DNA of 64,000 nt, taken from Amoebophrya sp. A120 (Eukaryota; Protista; Dinoflagellata). The translations under genes and the position numbers were made by a program. The DNA lies in NCBI GenBank assembly GCA_905178155.1, contig CAJINV010000003.1, positions 8,724,179 to 8,788,178 on the forward strand, written 5' to 3'. Position 1 is the stretch's first letter. Each line of letters starts with the position of its first letter. The notes under the pieces were generated by a model. That model saw nothing but the letters and a program-made list of their open reading frames with translations. It searched no databases and was not told the origin of the DNA. Positions 24,635-37,827 of the stretch are shown one piece after another.

Positions 24635-27600
24635 CGATTTTTTTCTTCTCCAGGTCAAAGATGCAGCTTCTGTCGATCATCCACGAGGCAGCAGTATCGA
24701 CGAGAAATGGACAGCGAGGACGGTGAAGGGCATTTCAGCAGCCTTACATATGCAAAATCTTGATGGCCCACGAAAACGCAGCATGTTGCTGCTGCTGTAT
24801 GGGATTCTCTACCGTGCCCGTCGCTCAACCTCAACAGCAGCTAAAGGCGAGGGAAGTCTAATGAGAATTGTCTACGACCCATCTGCTAAAGGCACGAAGA
24901 GCAGCACTGCTGGCATTGCTCGGATCAACATTTCCGTTCGGCTTTTAATCTTATTCACTATACATCTGGCTGGAAGATGATCCACGCGTATCTATGCATA
25001 GAGCAAAGTAGGCCATGACCATCGTTGCTCCGACCGTTCGCCTTGTTGTATTTCTGATCGATACCCGAGAACCGTCCCGGAAGAGCCGTTGTCGTCGAAG
25101 GTAAAACAGAAAATCGTTCCTCGGCCCTTCTTGTACATGTAGCTTCGCGGGTGCCACTTCATCGTTTGCCCCGAGATCACCATCTCAATGAGCGGCCAGG
25201 TATACTCTGCAAAACAAATTATCCTGAGCTTGTTGGCATCGTTGCTGCGGGTGTCAGCAGAAGTAGAGTAGTGCAAGAGTTCTTTTTAACGGACATGGGC
25301 TTGGGCATCGCATGGCCAAAAAGAATGCAATGCATATCAGCTACTTTCACATACCAATTGCTGTTTGAGTAAGTTTCTGTGGTTAAAAGGCCCTGTATTT
25401 CTTGTTGTCGTAGGAGATTTAGGGATCTGCCTCCATCATGGAAAATACATGTCTATGTATCCTCGGCCTGCTACTGCTCCATGGAAAATACAAGTAAACA
25501 ATGGCTGCTGCCGCGAGCGTTAGGGTTAGCGTGCCTGCAACTATAAAATTAAGTAATCTCGTCCTACTTGTTCGATGAGCATCTCAGAGTCAGAATAATA
25601 TTCTGTGCGATAGCATTTGCTGTCGATGTTCTCCATTGTGGTGCCCGGGGAGTTCTTTTTTAGTGTCATTATGTGGCTTGTTTTCGGTACACTTTCACAT
25701 GTTGTGTCAGTGTTTGTTGTTGTTGTGCACCTACTACTTCTACTCAGGAAAAAAAAAATATAGCTTGCCCGTCAAGAACAATGTAAACGTAAAATAAAGA
25801 GCCCCACGCAAGGAGCGCTCCGTGATAAAAAAATCAAGACGAGCCATCCGATCACTCGCTATTCGTGTTTCATTTGTCGACCATGCAGAACCATTAACAA
25901 GCATCCCAGGCACAGTTACAGTAGTTACAACGGACGCCAACCATCGCCATAGAGGAAGAAAAACAATATACCGCAAAAATCGAGCTATACCCAACACTCC
26001 GCACCGGAACGGGTGCCGCACCTACCCTTGCACTGGTTGTATAGCTGCGATTTCAGAGTCCTATACTGGCGGGAAGGAAAGTATGAGTATGTCGTACCAC
26101 TGTCGACAGTATAGCAGCAAAGACTTTCGCCCACCATGCCGGCTCAGATCGATGCAACAGCACCGCATAGGCATATATACATCACCAGATAGGTCGTAAT
26201 TCATCACTTGCCTTCTTTTCTTAGCGATGCATGTAGTCGTCCCAGCCACTAGCCAGAGCTACAGCTCCTCACCGTGGTTCGACTCCCCTTGTTGGATATT
26301 ATCGGACCTCAGTCCTCCGCTGGGAAAGCAATAAAAATGTTCGAGTAGAGGACTTCGCTAGCTCATTCTAGTTTAGCGAACTTCTGGCAGCATCCTCTTG
26401 CAAGTGCTGTGGCATCATGCGACCAGAGTGGGACAGAAGTGTTTTTTTTGCCATACACGATGGTGCGTCCGTAGTTTCCGGAGATGCTCTGGCCCCCAAT
26501 CTTTATTTCTGAAAGGGACACGACGTAGAATTTTGAATTCGCGCCCAAAGGCACATAGGTGATAGGCGCATCAATCGGGTCGTGGTAGGTGGAGTTGTAA
26601 CCGCCGGCGATCACTCGACCGCCTTCCTGCGACAGGCACATCGTGAAAATGTTAGCATTTACGTGCTCGCGATCTCGCAAGATGTCCGCAAGAATTGTAG
26701 GCTTTCCCCGCAGATCATTACCGCCATTCCCGGCCATACCAAAAATCCCGTTAGCCTTCTGAGTGTAAAACCTGCAAATTTGAATCAAGCGGAGTAGTCC
26801 AGAAACAGGAATGCAGACGAGCCATGCTCCCGCGCCTCGTCCGGACCTAGCTCTTGTCACTTATTCATAAACTAAAACTGTTTGGAGGTTCTAGCAGATG
26901 ACGCAAATTATGTTACAACAAATGCCTACTTTACAGTTTATTCTCGCTATCGTGGCAGCCCATTTTCACTTTGACGGGCGGGTTGTTCTGTATGACATCG
27001 CCAAGCCGAGCATAGTCCTCGAACCAGTGGCCGCTGATGGAGCTTCCTTCCGTGTATCCTTGGCTGTAACCACATTTGTCGCCGCGACAAGAACCTGCAT
27101 AAAAAAATGCAGCATTACAAAATTATATATGCGCGACTCGCATAAACAAAGCATAAGGCAATGAAATGCGGTAGTTATTAAGAAAATCACTTGAATAAAG
27201 TCGGTTGACTTCTACAACTATGTTTACACTGCGCGCTGCATTGAATCCATTTTGCGCTGGGGCTCTTGGAAACATCGAACGCCGCGTCGATGTGGCGTCC
27301 ACAATGTCGGCAACCGGAGCAAGGAAATCCGCACAAGGAAGAGCCGGTGTCAATAATCACGCTCGTGCGCTGCGCCACTGGGTGACCAATCAGCAGGTCC
27401 ACGAAATAGTAGGCAAATTTGTGGATATTTCCGTAAACCCGGGCGGCTTCGAGCTTCTTCTGGTCGTCATACATCAACCTGCGTGCGTCAGCGCGGTGGT
27501 CGTGTTCGACCGGCGTGACCTCTGCGTCTCCAAGAAACTTGTCAGGACCGCGCAAGTCCGATGAATGTCGCCACGACGACGTCCGACTACTCTCACCTTC

Positions 27601-28671
27601 ATCTGCTTCAGCCGCTGGCCTTGTTGAGGAGGCTGTCGCTGGGTGTTGGGAGGACCAGACCGCCGCGCCAGAACTTTCAGTTTCAGTTTCTTCAATTGCG
27701 ACCAGAGCCCCCGTGTTATCGGCACCAAATGTCTCACGCAGGCCCCATGACGTTCCCTTAGGCTGTTGACGACCAGCTTCCTCGCCAACACCTCTTTCCG
27801 CGGCAAGCCTGCGATGATCAGAACGCGCTACCTCCGCCCTAACAGATCCGCTTTTGTCCACTTGCGATTTTGCGGCAGCATTACCAGGAGATTCGTCGCC
27901 GAATTCTGTTCCTTCATGTTCTGGCGCCGGCCCCCGGTGCCTTTCTCCAGAAAAGAAATGCAGTCCACTTATCCTGCTTCCAATCTCCGCGTCCTTCCCT
28001 TCGTGCGTAAGCGCGTCCGCAGTCGTCTTGTCTAGCCCCGATTGGGGCGTGCGGCTGCGCCGAGGGGCATATGCACCCTCTGGGGCGGTATCCGGCGTCA
28101 ACACTCGCCCATCTTCTTCCATGGTCTCCTGATTATTTTTGCGGTCGTGCCGTACCACCTCTGCTCCTGCGCTTCGCTCTGCGCCCACATCATCGGATAG
28201 CTGGATCCATGCTACCGCTGTGCTCGGAAGTGACTCCCTTGCGAGTGGCGACAAGACTGCTGTTGCTAGCACATCAGCGTTGTCACCGCGGCCGGAAGTA
28301 GAGGACGTACTATCAATCTGCTTTGAAGAGGAACTTGTACTTGATCTACGCCGAAGAATCCACTGCGCCTCTTCACTGTCCGCGAGACGTCTACGCACGT
28401 AAGGATTTTCATCGCCTTCACCAGCTATGTCTTGTAGTTTCTTCTCGCTGTCATCTCGTTTTCGCTCCACACGGGAAATCGAAAAAGCATGATCTTCTAG
28501 TGGTACGCCGACCCATCTATCCAAACTGATGGAATCTGGGGCAGTATTCAGGTTCGGCACTGCGCTGCCCCAGCATTGTGGAGCGTAGTGCTGGTGGGAA
28601 GCGAAAAGAGCACTGCCGACGGTGGCACAGCGAGTGCGTAAATTCGAGAAAGAGTCGCGATTTCCTCGCAT
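24635..28671 (-). CDS. pepsin-family aspartic protease, plasmepsin V / Toxoplasma ASP5-like
   Basis: VYGNIHKFAYYFVDLLIG, IIDTGSS, Cys-rich insert FPCSGCRHCGRH, YTEGSSISG, MGCHDSENKLFYTQKANGIFGM, TIVDSGTTYSY, TVLGASWM..IFDLEKKKI. Mixed GT-AG introns and introners; exon(s) between ~25210 and 26024 and the true start are unresolved. Confidence 0.88.
24695..25063. mobile_element. TIR introner
   Basis: TATCgacgagaaat / TATCgatcagaaat; diverged TSD agcag/cccga; restores TVLG-ASWM. Confidence 0.85.
26110..26455. mobile_element. TIR introner at the second catalytic Asp motif
   Basis: TATAgcagcaaagactt / TATGgcaaaaaaaacactt; TSD gacag/cacga; restores TIV-DSGTT. Confidence 0.85.
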
Positions 28672-30324
28672 TCTTCACACACGGCCCAGGTCACGTAAAA
28701 ATCGCAGCGACCAGCAATAACTGCATTAGTGCTTCGTGATACAAATTGAAAAGCGTCGGCCGATAGCCCGAAACAGCCTTAGATGATCATGGCGACGCTC
28801 CTAAGCCCTTCGGGAAGGAAGTCGTCGTCCTGAGTTCTGCGTGATGTTACGCTGTAAGTACGTCGTCCGCCAGTGGGAGCTATCTTCACAACTGCCACTG
28901 TAGTTTTCGCCCGAAAAGAATGTCTTCGGAGTATGCGCTGGCGTGGAATGAAACGAGGCACAAGTACGATAACGACTCTTTCCGAGGTAGCATTCTAGCA
29001 GTTTAGAATGCTCCGGCTAAGCGTAGCCTGCCACTTGACCATGATTTGACGTTGACCGTTGATAGCAGAACTTGACATAAAGGCAGAGAGTGTGAGGACA
29101 GGGATAATCACAGCGCAAGCATGCATGAATGTGGCAGGACTACTTCTAAACGATAACTGCCGAATGTCATCTTTACCAGGAGCAGAACAAACCAAGCATT
29201 GGGATTGACATTGGCGGCGCGTGTTACTTCGAAACTGGCGATACGGCGAAATGGACTGTATGACAGCAAGCAGAAGCACCTCTTCTGTTTGTGTAGGTCT
29301 AAAAAATCATCGACGAAAAAAAAAGCGTTTGTCAAACATGAGCTACCATGACGAGCGTCACATTTATGTAAAGAATTAAAGAATGAATAAAATTAAGGGC
29401 TGAGGCTGTGAACGATGAGGACCTGCAAGAAATACAACAGGGTAAGCGCAATACGTAGGACGCGCAAGAACTCGATCTTTGACACTGAGATGCGTCTATG
29501 CAGCTGCACTGCCCACTGATCAATACTTGAACAAAAATCAAGTGCCTAACGCGTCGAAATTGGTCGGTTACAGACAGCGACAGGTGGACCAGGTGTTTTA
29601 TGCAAACAAAAACATGATAATGGCAAATGCTGCTGACGATATTCCCAACTAGTAAGTCCGATGGGAGTTCTTGGTGAAATCAGACCTGAAAAACGTAAGC
29701 TGTATTGACGGAGACAGACCACTGGAGAACATGGACGCCAGGATCAAGCAAGTTCTTTAATTCGTCTTTTCTGAGGAGAGGCTCGTCTCCGAATACGTAT
29801 GAAACACGTTAAGTCGACAGACGCAGAGCCATCCTCAACAAGAGAAGTCGCGGCATGCTCTGTGAAGTGTCACGGCGTGTACACATCAAGGAAGAACCGA
29901 CATTTTCGACCGGACATCCGTACCCTCAGAAATATTATACCAGGTGAACACAAAGCCACATGATTTTCCATTAGTACTACGCCGTAGGCGCTCGCGGTTT
30001 TTACAGACAGGAACTCTTTCGTCTCACTCATTGCTCAGCACCTCTCTCTACTTCATTCTAGCTACGATTTCATCAGAAAGCACTGTTGCTCTCAGGGCAT
30101 GTTGTCATGAAGGGATCATGCTCCCAATCACTTCTTGTTTCTTCTCCAGAAATACTTCGGGCTTGTCAGCAACGACACATAGTGCTGTCCTTGCCCTCCT
30201 GCCGGGAAGATGTCTTCACCATGAAATCGAGCTTTTAAAGAAGAGACTCCTTGTGCACTATGACGCTTCATCCCCTCCATCCTCCAGCTTCACGCCTTGT
30301 CGATTCCACGAAGTCAGCCTATGC

Positions 30325-31396
30325 TTAAGCGACCAACACGCACACACCGCCGACAGCCTTGATTTTCTGCTCCGCCTCACGAGAAAAGTAGCGGGCCTTG
30401 ACGATGACGGGAATATCCGGCAGGGACCCTTTGCCCAAGACCTTGAAGAAGCCGGCCTTCACGCAGTCAATGACCGGTGCCTTGTCACCTGTGATCATGT
30501 TTGTTAGATTTTTTGGAATCGCACTCCCTGTTTCTGAAAGTAGCGGAGAAAACTGCGGCTGCATATCATGTGAACCACCGATGCTATAGTTGATCACCAC
30601 ATCTGGAGCTCTCCACAGAACAAAGAACTACCGGCTGAGCACTACAATTTTTGTAGGCTTCTACTCAGTGCAATTATGCTATGTTGGGATGTTGCCTACT
30701 ACAATACCATCGGCTCTCCACTCACAGTAGAAAAATGCGAATCCCGCTACACTTAGACAGTATTACAAACGTTGCAGACACACACACTACAGTCTAAATC
30801 TAAAAGTGAGAGAAAACCTAAATCGTATCACGGTTTCTACCTTCCTTCTTCTTGTAGAAGTCGTAGGCCGACGGGGTGAGGAGGGACCACAGTTTCTCGA
30901 CGTTCACCTTCGGGCAAACGTAAGCATTCTTGCGCCAGCAGAAGTGACGCATACCGACCTTACCGAGCGCACCAGGATGGTACTTGTCGACGTTGATTCG
31001 GTGGTGGTGCTGCATACCGGCGTTACCTGAGCGATTGTTTTGAAAAAAATGTACATATTATTCTGCACGGTAAAAGAAAAAACGCGCTTCGAAAATTTTC
31101 AAGCAACATCTGCATCGCTGTTGAGCTTTTCATGCTAATTTCTTGCGGCGCCACAACAGCAGGCGCTACTGGAAAATATATTCTGACTCGCTCTGTCCCT
31201 GGGCGCGCTTCGCGTATACCACATCATACCCCAACGTGGCAAAGTCGACTACGCATGTGAATAAAAATAAAAGATAAAATTAATTCAATAAGCTGATACC
31301 GTGACCACCCGGGTGCTTGCGAGCCTTTCCGATACGCCCATGACCGGCGGACACGTGGCCGCGCTTCCAACGGTTGGCTTTCAGGCGAGCGGTCAT
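30325..31396 (-). CDS. RPL27A: 60S ribosomal protein L27a (uL15)
   Basis: Exons 31396-31300, 31026-30841, 30488-30325 with two GT-AG introns; [64 protein letters not shown]. Confidence 0.98.
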
Positions 31397-33341
31397 TTTG
31401 AATGTGTTGGGGGTGTGGAGTGGTCCGAGCAAGAGTCTTCGAGACTTCTAAAGAGTCTACTTCTGTAGTGTCCCTGGGAGGAAAAATGACAGAATGGACA
31501 AGATTGATTGTCAATAAGGAATTAAAAATTTAGATGAACCATTGCAGCCGCCAACATTTAAATAATTTCGAAGTGTTGAATGATCTAGTTCTAGAGGAGA
31601 TCAAGACATCTCATTTTGGATCTTGTATTCACCGATCTTCGCGTGACTGTGATTTCATGTTGGGTTTAGAATTTAGGCGACAGAGAGCTTGAGAGCTGAT
31701 ATTTCAGAGAACTTGGTACTTTTGATTCATTTCAAGATCACACTGCCGATCACATACACTCTCATGGTCATGTTCATTCAAATGTCGATATAATTACACA
31801 GATCGAGAGCTGGCACAGTTGGGATACATGCGTCACACGATTCATGCGTGTCCTTTGCAGCTCCAGGGGGATCAGTTAGTACATCAGGATCTGTCGCAGT
31901 CGCAGTAGAGGACATGAAATAAAGCGTGCTTCTCTTACTAGCAGCCGTCTCTGAGAGTGTAGAATCTTTAGATGTCTGGAGTGATATTCTGATCCAGATC
32001 AATGAACTTCAGGGGCTGCATTACGAACTTCATCAGCTATTGAAAGCTGAGAACAAACATCGGAAAAGACCACATCTTCTGGATTGATTTGACCCTCGCG
32101 TTCCGATTAATATGCCCCTGTCGGTTTGGGCCGGTTGCTTCGCGGATGAAGTTTCGATATAGTTTCAGATTCTGCACAAGCGACCGAAAGACTGAATCAT
32201 ACTCCACCTCAACACCGAATAGCGGAGCATGTCTACCGAAGTGCAAAGCGAAACCTCCTTTTACCAACAGAACAAAAACTTTGAGTACGAAAGTCAAGAA
32301 CGCACCGGAGTTTGAAGCGCTGCTTCTTAAATTCTGAACTGATCCGAGTGCAGCCTCGTTCGTACTGAGTCACGCTACTTTTACGCCAGTTTTGTACTCT
32401 CATCCCGAGCTTACCTCTGCCCGAAGCCTAGCGCGAACCGAACGGCGAGGCAACATGCGGATCTGAAAGTAAAGAACAACAACACTAGTGCATCACAGGA
32501 TGCTGCAACCACCTCGACTCCGTCTTCAAAATCGCGACTTCCTTACTGTCTTGAAACCGAAACATCAATGAATCCCCTCTGATTTCGTCGAAGGAGCTAG
32601 ATCGTACCTACTCCTGTGGTCTTCATCACAGTCATCATTTTTCTTGCAGTCTTTCGATGTTGACTCTTTGATATCGGACGACGCATAGAATGGGCTAGCT
32701 ACACTTAGTGGTCGCACTAACATACAGTGAAAAATAATTTTAAGAATACGTTGCATCGCATTCTCGATATGAAAAAGAGTTGATTTTTGAACAGGTTGCA
32801 TAAGGCGCCGGCAATTTCAATTTTTTTTGAAACAACTTGCAAAACCAAAACTTGGATATGATATTCGGTACGTGCTCTCGATGTGGCATCGGCATCCACC
32901 TGAGCAACAAGCTGAAGCTCTACGCTCGATTACTAAAACTCCTTCTCCTGCTTCGGCTTGTATAAAGAACAGGACAATATCAAACCTTGTGAACTCCAAA
33001 CGGAAGGCATTGCGCGAAGATAGAATCAATTAGAGTCTGCTTCATGTTGCTATACAGGGATGCACGAAGTGCCGAGACGAGCGAGAGAGAGGACGAGTCC
33101 CAGAGTTTTAAAAAAGTCCTTCAGGTACGAAACTATCCGCCCGCCATGAAGACGGCTGGCTGTACGATGGTGCTAGGTGATGCTGGCTGTTCCGATCCTG
33201 ACAGCCACTGAAGGTAAAGAACATCCCACGCAGCGACCAGCCTAAGCTACACAATGCTCCTCCCGACCACGAACCCGAAAACCGAGGAAAACCTAATACT
33301 CAAAGAAAGTACTTCTACTTACACGACAACTGAGAGCAAAT

Positions 33342-36300
33342 TCATGCTCCGGGGTTTTGCAGCTTGAGCGGCACCCGGTGCCAAGAGGTGTTGTTGAGCC
33401 CGCGCGCATTCCAAATGCCATCAACGGTCTCGGGCTGCACGTTGTAGCTTGCGTCAATGGCTTTGCAGACGAGAACGGGCTGCTCTCCGTTTTTTGCCAT
33501 TTGTTTCAGGGCGGCTGCGTCTTTCGCTAGTGGAAGATCAATCTCCCAAAATGTCCAAGCGTACGCACGATTGATGGGCTGCTCCGATCTGTTATTGTTT
33601 CAAGATGCAGCACGAATTCTCATTTTATCACAGTGCCCCCTCAACAGAGGCATGATCGCTACAAAATCTATATCTGCTACTACTTGACAGTACAGGGACT
33701 TCATCCACTTGCAGACTTTCTTCTCGCACTAGGACTAGCTACGAAACCCGAGCCGCCATGCAGGTCATGGAATACCACCTGTACCACGCTAGTGGTAAGC
33801 TCATTATTACATGTAAATGTATGTAAAGGAGAAGTACCCTTGTTTTAGCTCCGCAGTATGCCAGTTCGTCCCATTGTCACTGCTTACATCGACTCGCACG
33901 ATTCCGTTTCCGCCTCCCGAGTACGCCCAGCCCCGAACCCTTACACACGGTTCCAATTTCTCGGAAAAGCGCACTCCATACGTTTCAGCGGTCGGCGGCA
34001 ACCCGCCATCACCGGCACTTTCTGCTGCAGAGGCGCTACTGCTGTTGGAGTTGGCGCCAAAAAGAGATGACCAGAACGACAGGGCCCCGTCACCGCTCTT
34101 CCGATTGCTCCGGTCTGTTGCCTGTGCATTATCGGTTTCATCCACTTGCGCGCTGCAAGAGCGAAGCTCGAGGTCGACTAGTAGATACTTTCGCGGTTGT
34201 TCGGCAAGAACGACGATCACAAACTGGAGCAGAGCATCAATATGCAAACATGAATGAGATGAATTTCATTTTGTATGTAAAAAACCTCATGTGCAGCTGC
34301 TGCTACGCCACTAAAGCAAAGCAACCAGCAGCGGTAGCAAATACAAAAAAAGCCACGCGGTGTATCAGCTGAGAATGACATCTGACAAAGGATTCTAACT
34401 CAAGAATAAAACCTGCACATCCAAAGCGTCTCCGGTGGCAGGAAAGCAAATCACCGACTGGACAGGAACTTTCTGCATGGATGGAATTTTTTCGGGGTCC
34501 GCGTCTTTGAAATCTTTGAGACTGGGAGGAAACCCTTTGTACGCGATACCTTGTGAGCACAAAGATATGAGCACAGATTCGAAATAGGTAGGTAACTCCT
34601 CATCTGGGCCGAGGACGCGGGAGATCCTTAGCTCAAGAGGCACGAAGAGGACCACCACCAGATGCAGTTGCAGCGAAGAGGACCATCAGTCGCAACGAGT
34701 TCGTTGTTGTGTGGTCTATGCAGCATATTTTTCTTCCACTTGCACTTTCTATGTCTATTGTGCTACAACTCTAAATTCCGTTCCGAACGAATCACAGGGA
34801 GGACAGAGATCTTCCCACGTGTGATGTGCCCTTGGTCTTCATACTGCCCACATCTGCCTCCACCCGCTTGGACAACATGATGCTATTCACACTTCTGAGA
34901 ATGATGACAGCATACGGTGTATAAACCTCAAATTAATATTTTACGACGAGCTCCGAAAGCGATACATGATAAACCAAGTTGTAGTAAGTACCTCTCTGCC
35001 AGGGGCCGTGGGCCTCCTCTGTGGAGGCTTCGATTTTGGTGACCCACTTGACGTGGCGCACGCCGACCTGCCCGGGCACCACCAGGCGCAATGGAAATCC
35101 GTGCTCGGCCGATAGGGGCTTGCCGTTCATGTCCCAGGCAAGAAGCGCCCCACCGTAGGGGTCCAGCGCGTGCTCGACTGGAATGGAGGCGCTCATGCCG
35201 TCCTTGGCGTGAAACACGATGTGCTTGATGTTCTGCTGCTCCACCGCATCCGGGTCGGCGATACCAATTTTGCGCAGCAGGTCACAGAGCCGAACCCCCG
35301 TGAACGCGCCGGTGGAGATGCCGCCCGTGCCCCAGGCAATTCCGCTGGTCTTTTCTTTGGCGTTCATGTGCGAGCGTCGATTTCCGATCGACAGAAAAAG
35401 TCCCATCTTCCCCATCCATTTTAATACTTCGCATAACAAACACAGAAAGATGACTTGGTGCTATTTCACGTGACAGACTGCATCGGGATGGGTCTTTTTC
35501 TGCGGATATTTCCACCACACTGCACGGTGACCGGGAGAGTGACGGACTTCATCCGCTTCAGAGCGTCCAGCGTCAGTGTCGCCTGCAGCCCCGCAGGCGT
35601 AGCAAGATACTATCCTGTTCAAAACAACGTCTACATGCCCACATTGAAATTGTCGCTCACGCCCTGCTGATAGATTGATAGCTAGTAAAACCAGCACGGT
35701 GCAGCTCCGCTAAAAGTCAACATCCACGACGTGGGAGAATGGAAAGTGGCGCTGTGGTCGACGTACAGTCGCATTTATAATTAGGTGATGTCCACGTCAA
35801 GAACAATGCGTGCCGAGGTTGGGCTTGGGTACTAGCAAAGTAGTTCCCACCTGAGTGCAGAAAAGATGGGTGAACATGAGTGCAGAAAAAATAAGTGATG
35901 ACGTGGAGCGAACGTTTTTTGGAGAGGATAGTTGCAGCTGGTATGTTTTCTCCGAAAGATAGGCAACCGGGTGGTGGTGGCGCACGAACCAGAGGTGGTC
36001 GGGCGTCAGCCAGCTCTGCATCTGGAGGTGGCGCGGCAGCTCCGCGTTGCAGGCCTTCAGGTTGTGGTAAATGAGTCGCGGGTCGCTATCCTGTGTAAAA
36101 ACATACCCATACCAGAGTCAAGATGGGAAATCTGCTAGACAAATCAGCCATATTTGGTTGCTTCGCACGACAAGTTTCCGGGCGTCTGTAGTATAGTGAT
36201 GCTTAGCAAGGCAAGCCGCATGAGAAAGCCAATTTCTCATCCTGTTTACAGCATTACAAAAGACAAACCACGACTGGAAATGCCTCTGATGGGGATGCGC

Positions 36301-37827
36301 ATTACAAATGTTCCTGTCATTGCGCATTTGCATTACAACTCTGGGGTGGGGACGTTTTTGCTGAGGATAGTCGCGGTTCTCCGGGTCACTCTCGTAGGGG
36401 TCGACGTCGTCGTACTCGATCTCGGGCTCGTCCGGGTGGATCTCGCCGATTTTGTACTTTTCTAGCAGCGTCAGCGCTTCGTTCGTGCGAAAGTGCTGCT
36501 GGTACACCTTCCAGTACGGATCCACCGCCTTCCCCGCAGCCTGCAGAACCTTGCCCGCGCCGCCCGGGTGGCTCGGCAGGTAATCGGTGATGTCGTAGAC
36601 GCCATCGCCGTAGGTCACCCAGACCCGTTTCCCAATCGAATTGTGCTCCGCGATCTCCGCCCACTATCCACAGAAAAAAACCCATCCACATAAAATTTGT
36701 CATGCAGCACACGTATATTAAAGTCATGCTCATGTGTTTGTGGTCATGCAAAAAATGGATGATGATGATGATGATGATGTTACCCAGTAAAGGGTTTAAA
36801 AGAAAACTGTCCTAGTTGTTCGGCACTGCGGCAACTAGTGCTGCTTCTTAGGATGTGGAAGGGTTTTTTATTTCTGTGGATACCCACCGAAAGTATTTCA
36901 CTTCCTCCGGCGCCGGGTCAGACTTCTTCCCCCCGCTGCCGTGCCGCTTTAGCGAGCTTGCCACCTGCTCACAGTATACGAGGCTGGCGCTAGTACCTGT
37001 CCGGGAGAATAGTAATGCAGCTTCGGCCATGTCTCTTGGGACGAGACGTTGCGGCAACACCGCAGGTGGACTTCTTGCTGTGGCGCTGCAGCCACGGTCT
37101 CTGCGTACCCTGCGAAGCGTTGTGCCACCGCCAGATCCTGCTAGCACCGACGGATTACCATTCAAAATTGTTGACCCAGAGACAACGTCTGCCGCTGAAA
37201 GGTCCGCGTTCGCGTTAGGACGAATGAACGACCTGTGCAGCTGGGGGTGCTGCCCGATGTTGTGATCCTCGCTTGGTTTTATCGAACCTACTCCGATTGG
37301 AATGCTGCTAGTATTTCCTCTTTCTCTTTCACCGAGACGACCGTCGGACTTATCGTATTATCCAGCCGTGCAAAAACGTTCGCAGCAGAAACCCGAAAGA
37401 AATTTCGCTTCGATGAAGACTAAGATTGGAGGCTCCTGGTCATGTTGATCGGCACAAAAATATACAAGAAAAATAAATGTCAACCCACTTGTACTTTCTC
37501 GACGTCGATTTGTTGCGCATGTTGCCAGCAGAGCAAGGCTTGTTCCAAACATCGGGAGCTTCAGCTTCTTTCAGCATCCGCAAGAACATGCTCAGACATA
37601 TCTGCAAGGGGCCCTTCTCCTGCTGCACAATAAACAGACTAGCTTTACGAACTCTGCAGTGTGAACGTTTTTCGGCAGGATACATCAGCCGTCCACTTCA
37701 TCTGCTCTTCGAAGTCATCAACATGGTAATCGCTGCTCCTGCGCCGCGTTGTGCCAGTAGACGAGGATGAAGCTGACGCGCGGCCGAGAAGGACCGGTAG
37801 GAAGCGGGAGCCACCCCCTGGAAGCAT
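33342..37827 (-). CDS. SUOX: sulfite oxidase (cytochrome b5 + Moco + dimerisation domains)
   Basis: b5 motif VWVTYGDGVYDITDYLPSHPGG; NAELP..LTPDHLWFVRHHHPV; Mo-ligand motif QCGGNRR; HGFPLRLVVPGQVGVRHVKW; GWAYSGGGNGIVRVDVS; CKAIDASYNVQP..IWNARGLNNTSWHRV. Five introners plus GT-AG introns; the acceptor near 34150-34190 is uncertain. Confidence 0.93.
35386..35508. mobile_element. TIR introner (shortest, 123 bp)
   Basis: GATCgacagaaaaagtcccatc / TATCcgcagaaaaagacccatc; perfect TSD TTTCC; restores QCGG-NRR. Confidence 0.95.
35611..35930. mobile_element. TIR introner
   Basis: TATCctgttcaaaacaacgt / TATCctctccaaaaaacgt; TSD gatac/gttgc; in-frame restoration. Confidence 0.88.
36087..36369. mobile_element. 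TIR introner
   Basis: TATCctgtgtaaaaacatacccataccagagt / TATCctcagcaaaaacgtccccaccccagagt; perfect TSD GTCGC. Confidence 0.95.
36665..36882. mobile_element. TIR introner
   Basis: TATCcacagaaa..aaaccc(a/t)tccacat at both ends; perfect TSD CCCAC; restores YFRW-AEIAEHN. Confidence 0.95.
37359..37682. mobile_element. TIR introner
   Basis: TATCcagccgtgcaaaaacgttc / TATCctgccgaaaaacgttc; TSD cgtat/catca; links the ATG exon in frame. Confidence 0.85.

Noticed and set aside
30489-31299. snoRNAs in RPL27A introns
   Set aside because: No convincing C (RTGATGA) plus D (CTGA) box pair or H/ACA layout seen by eye.
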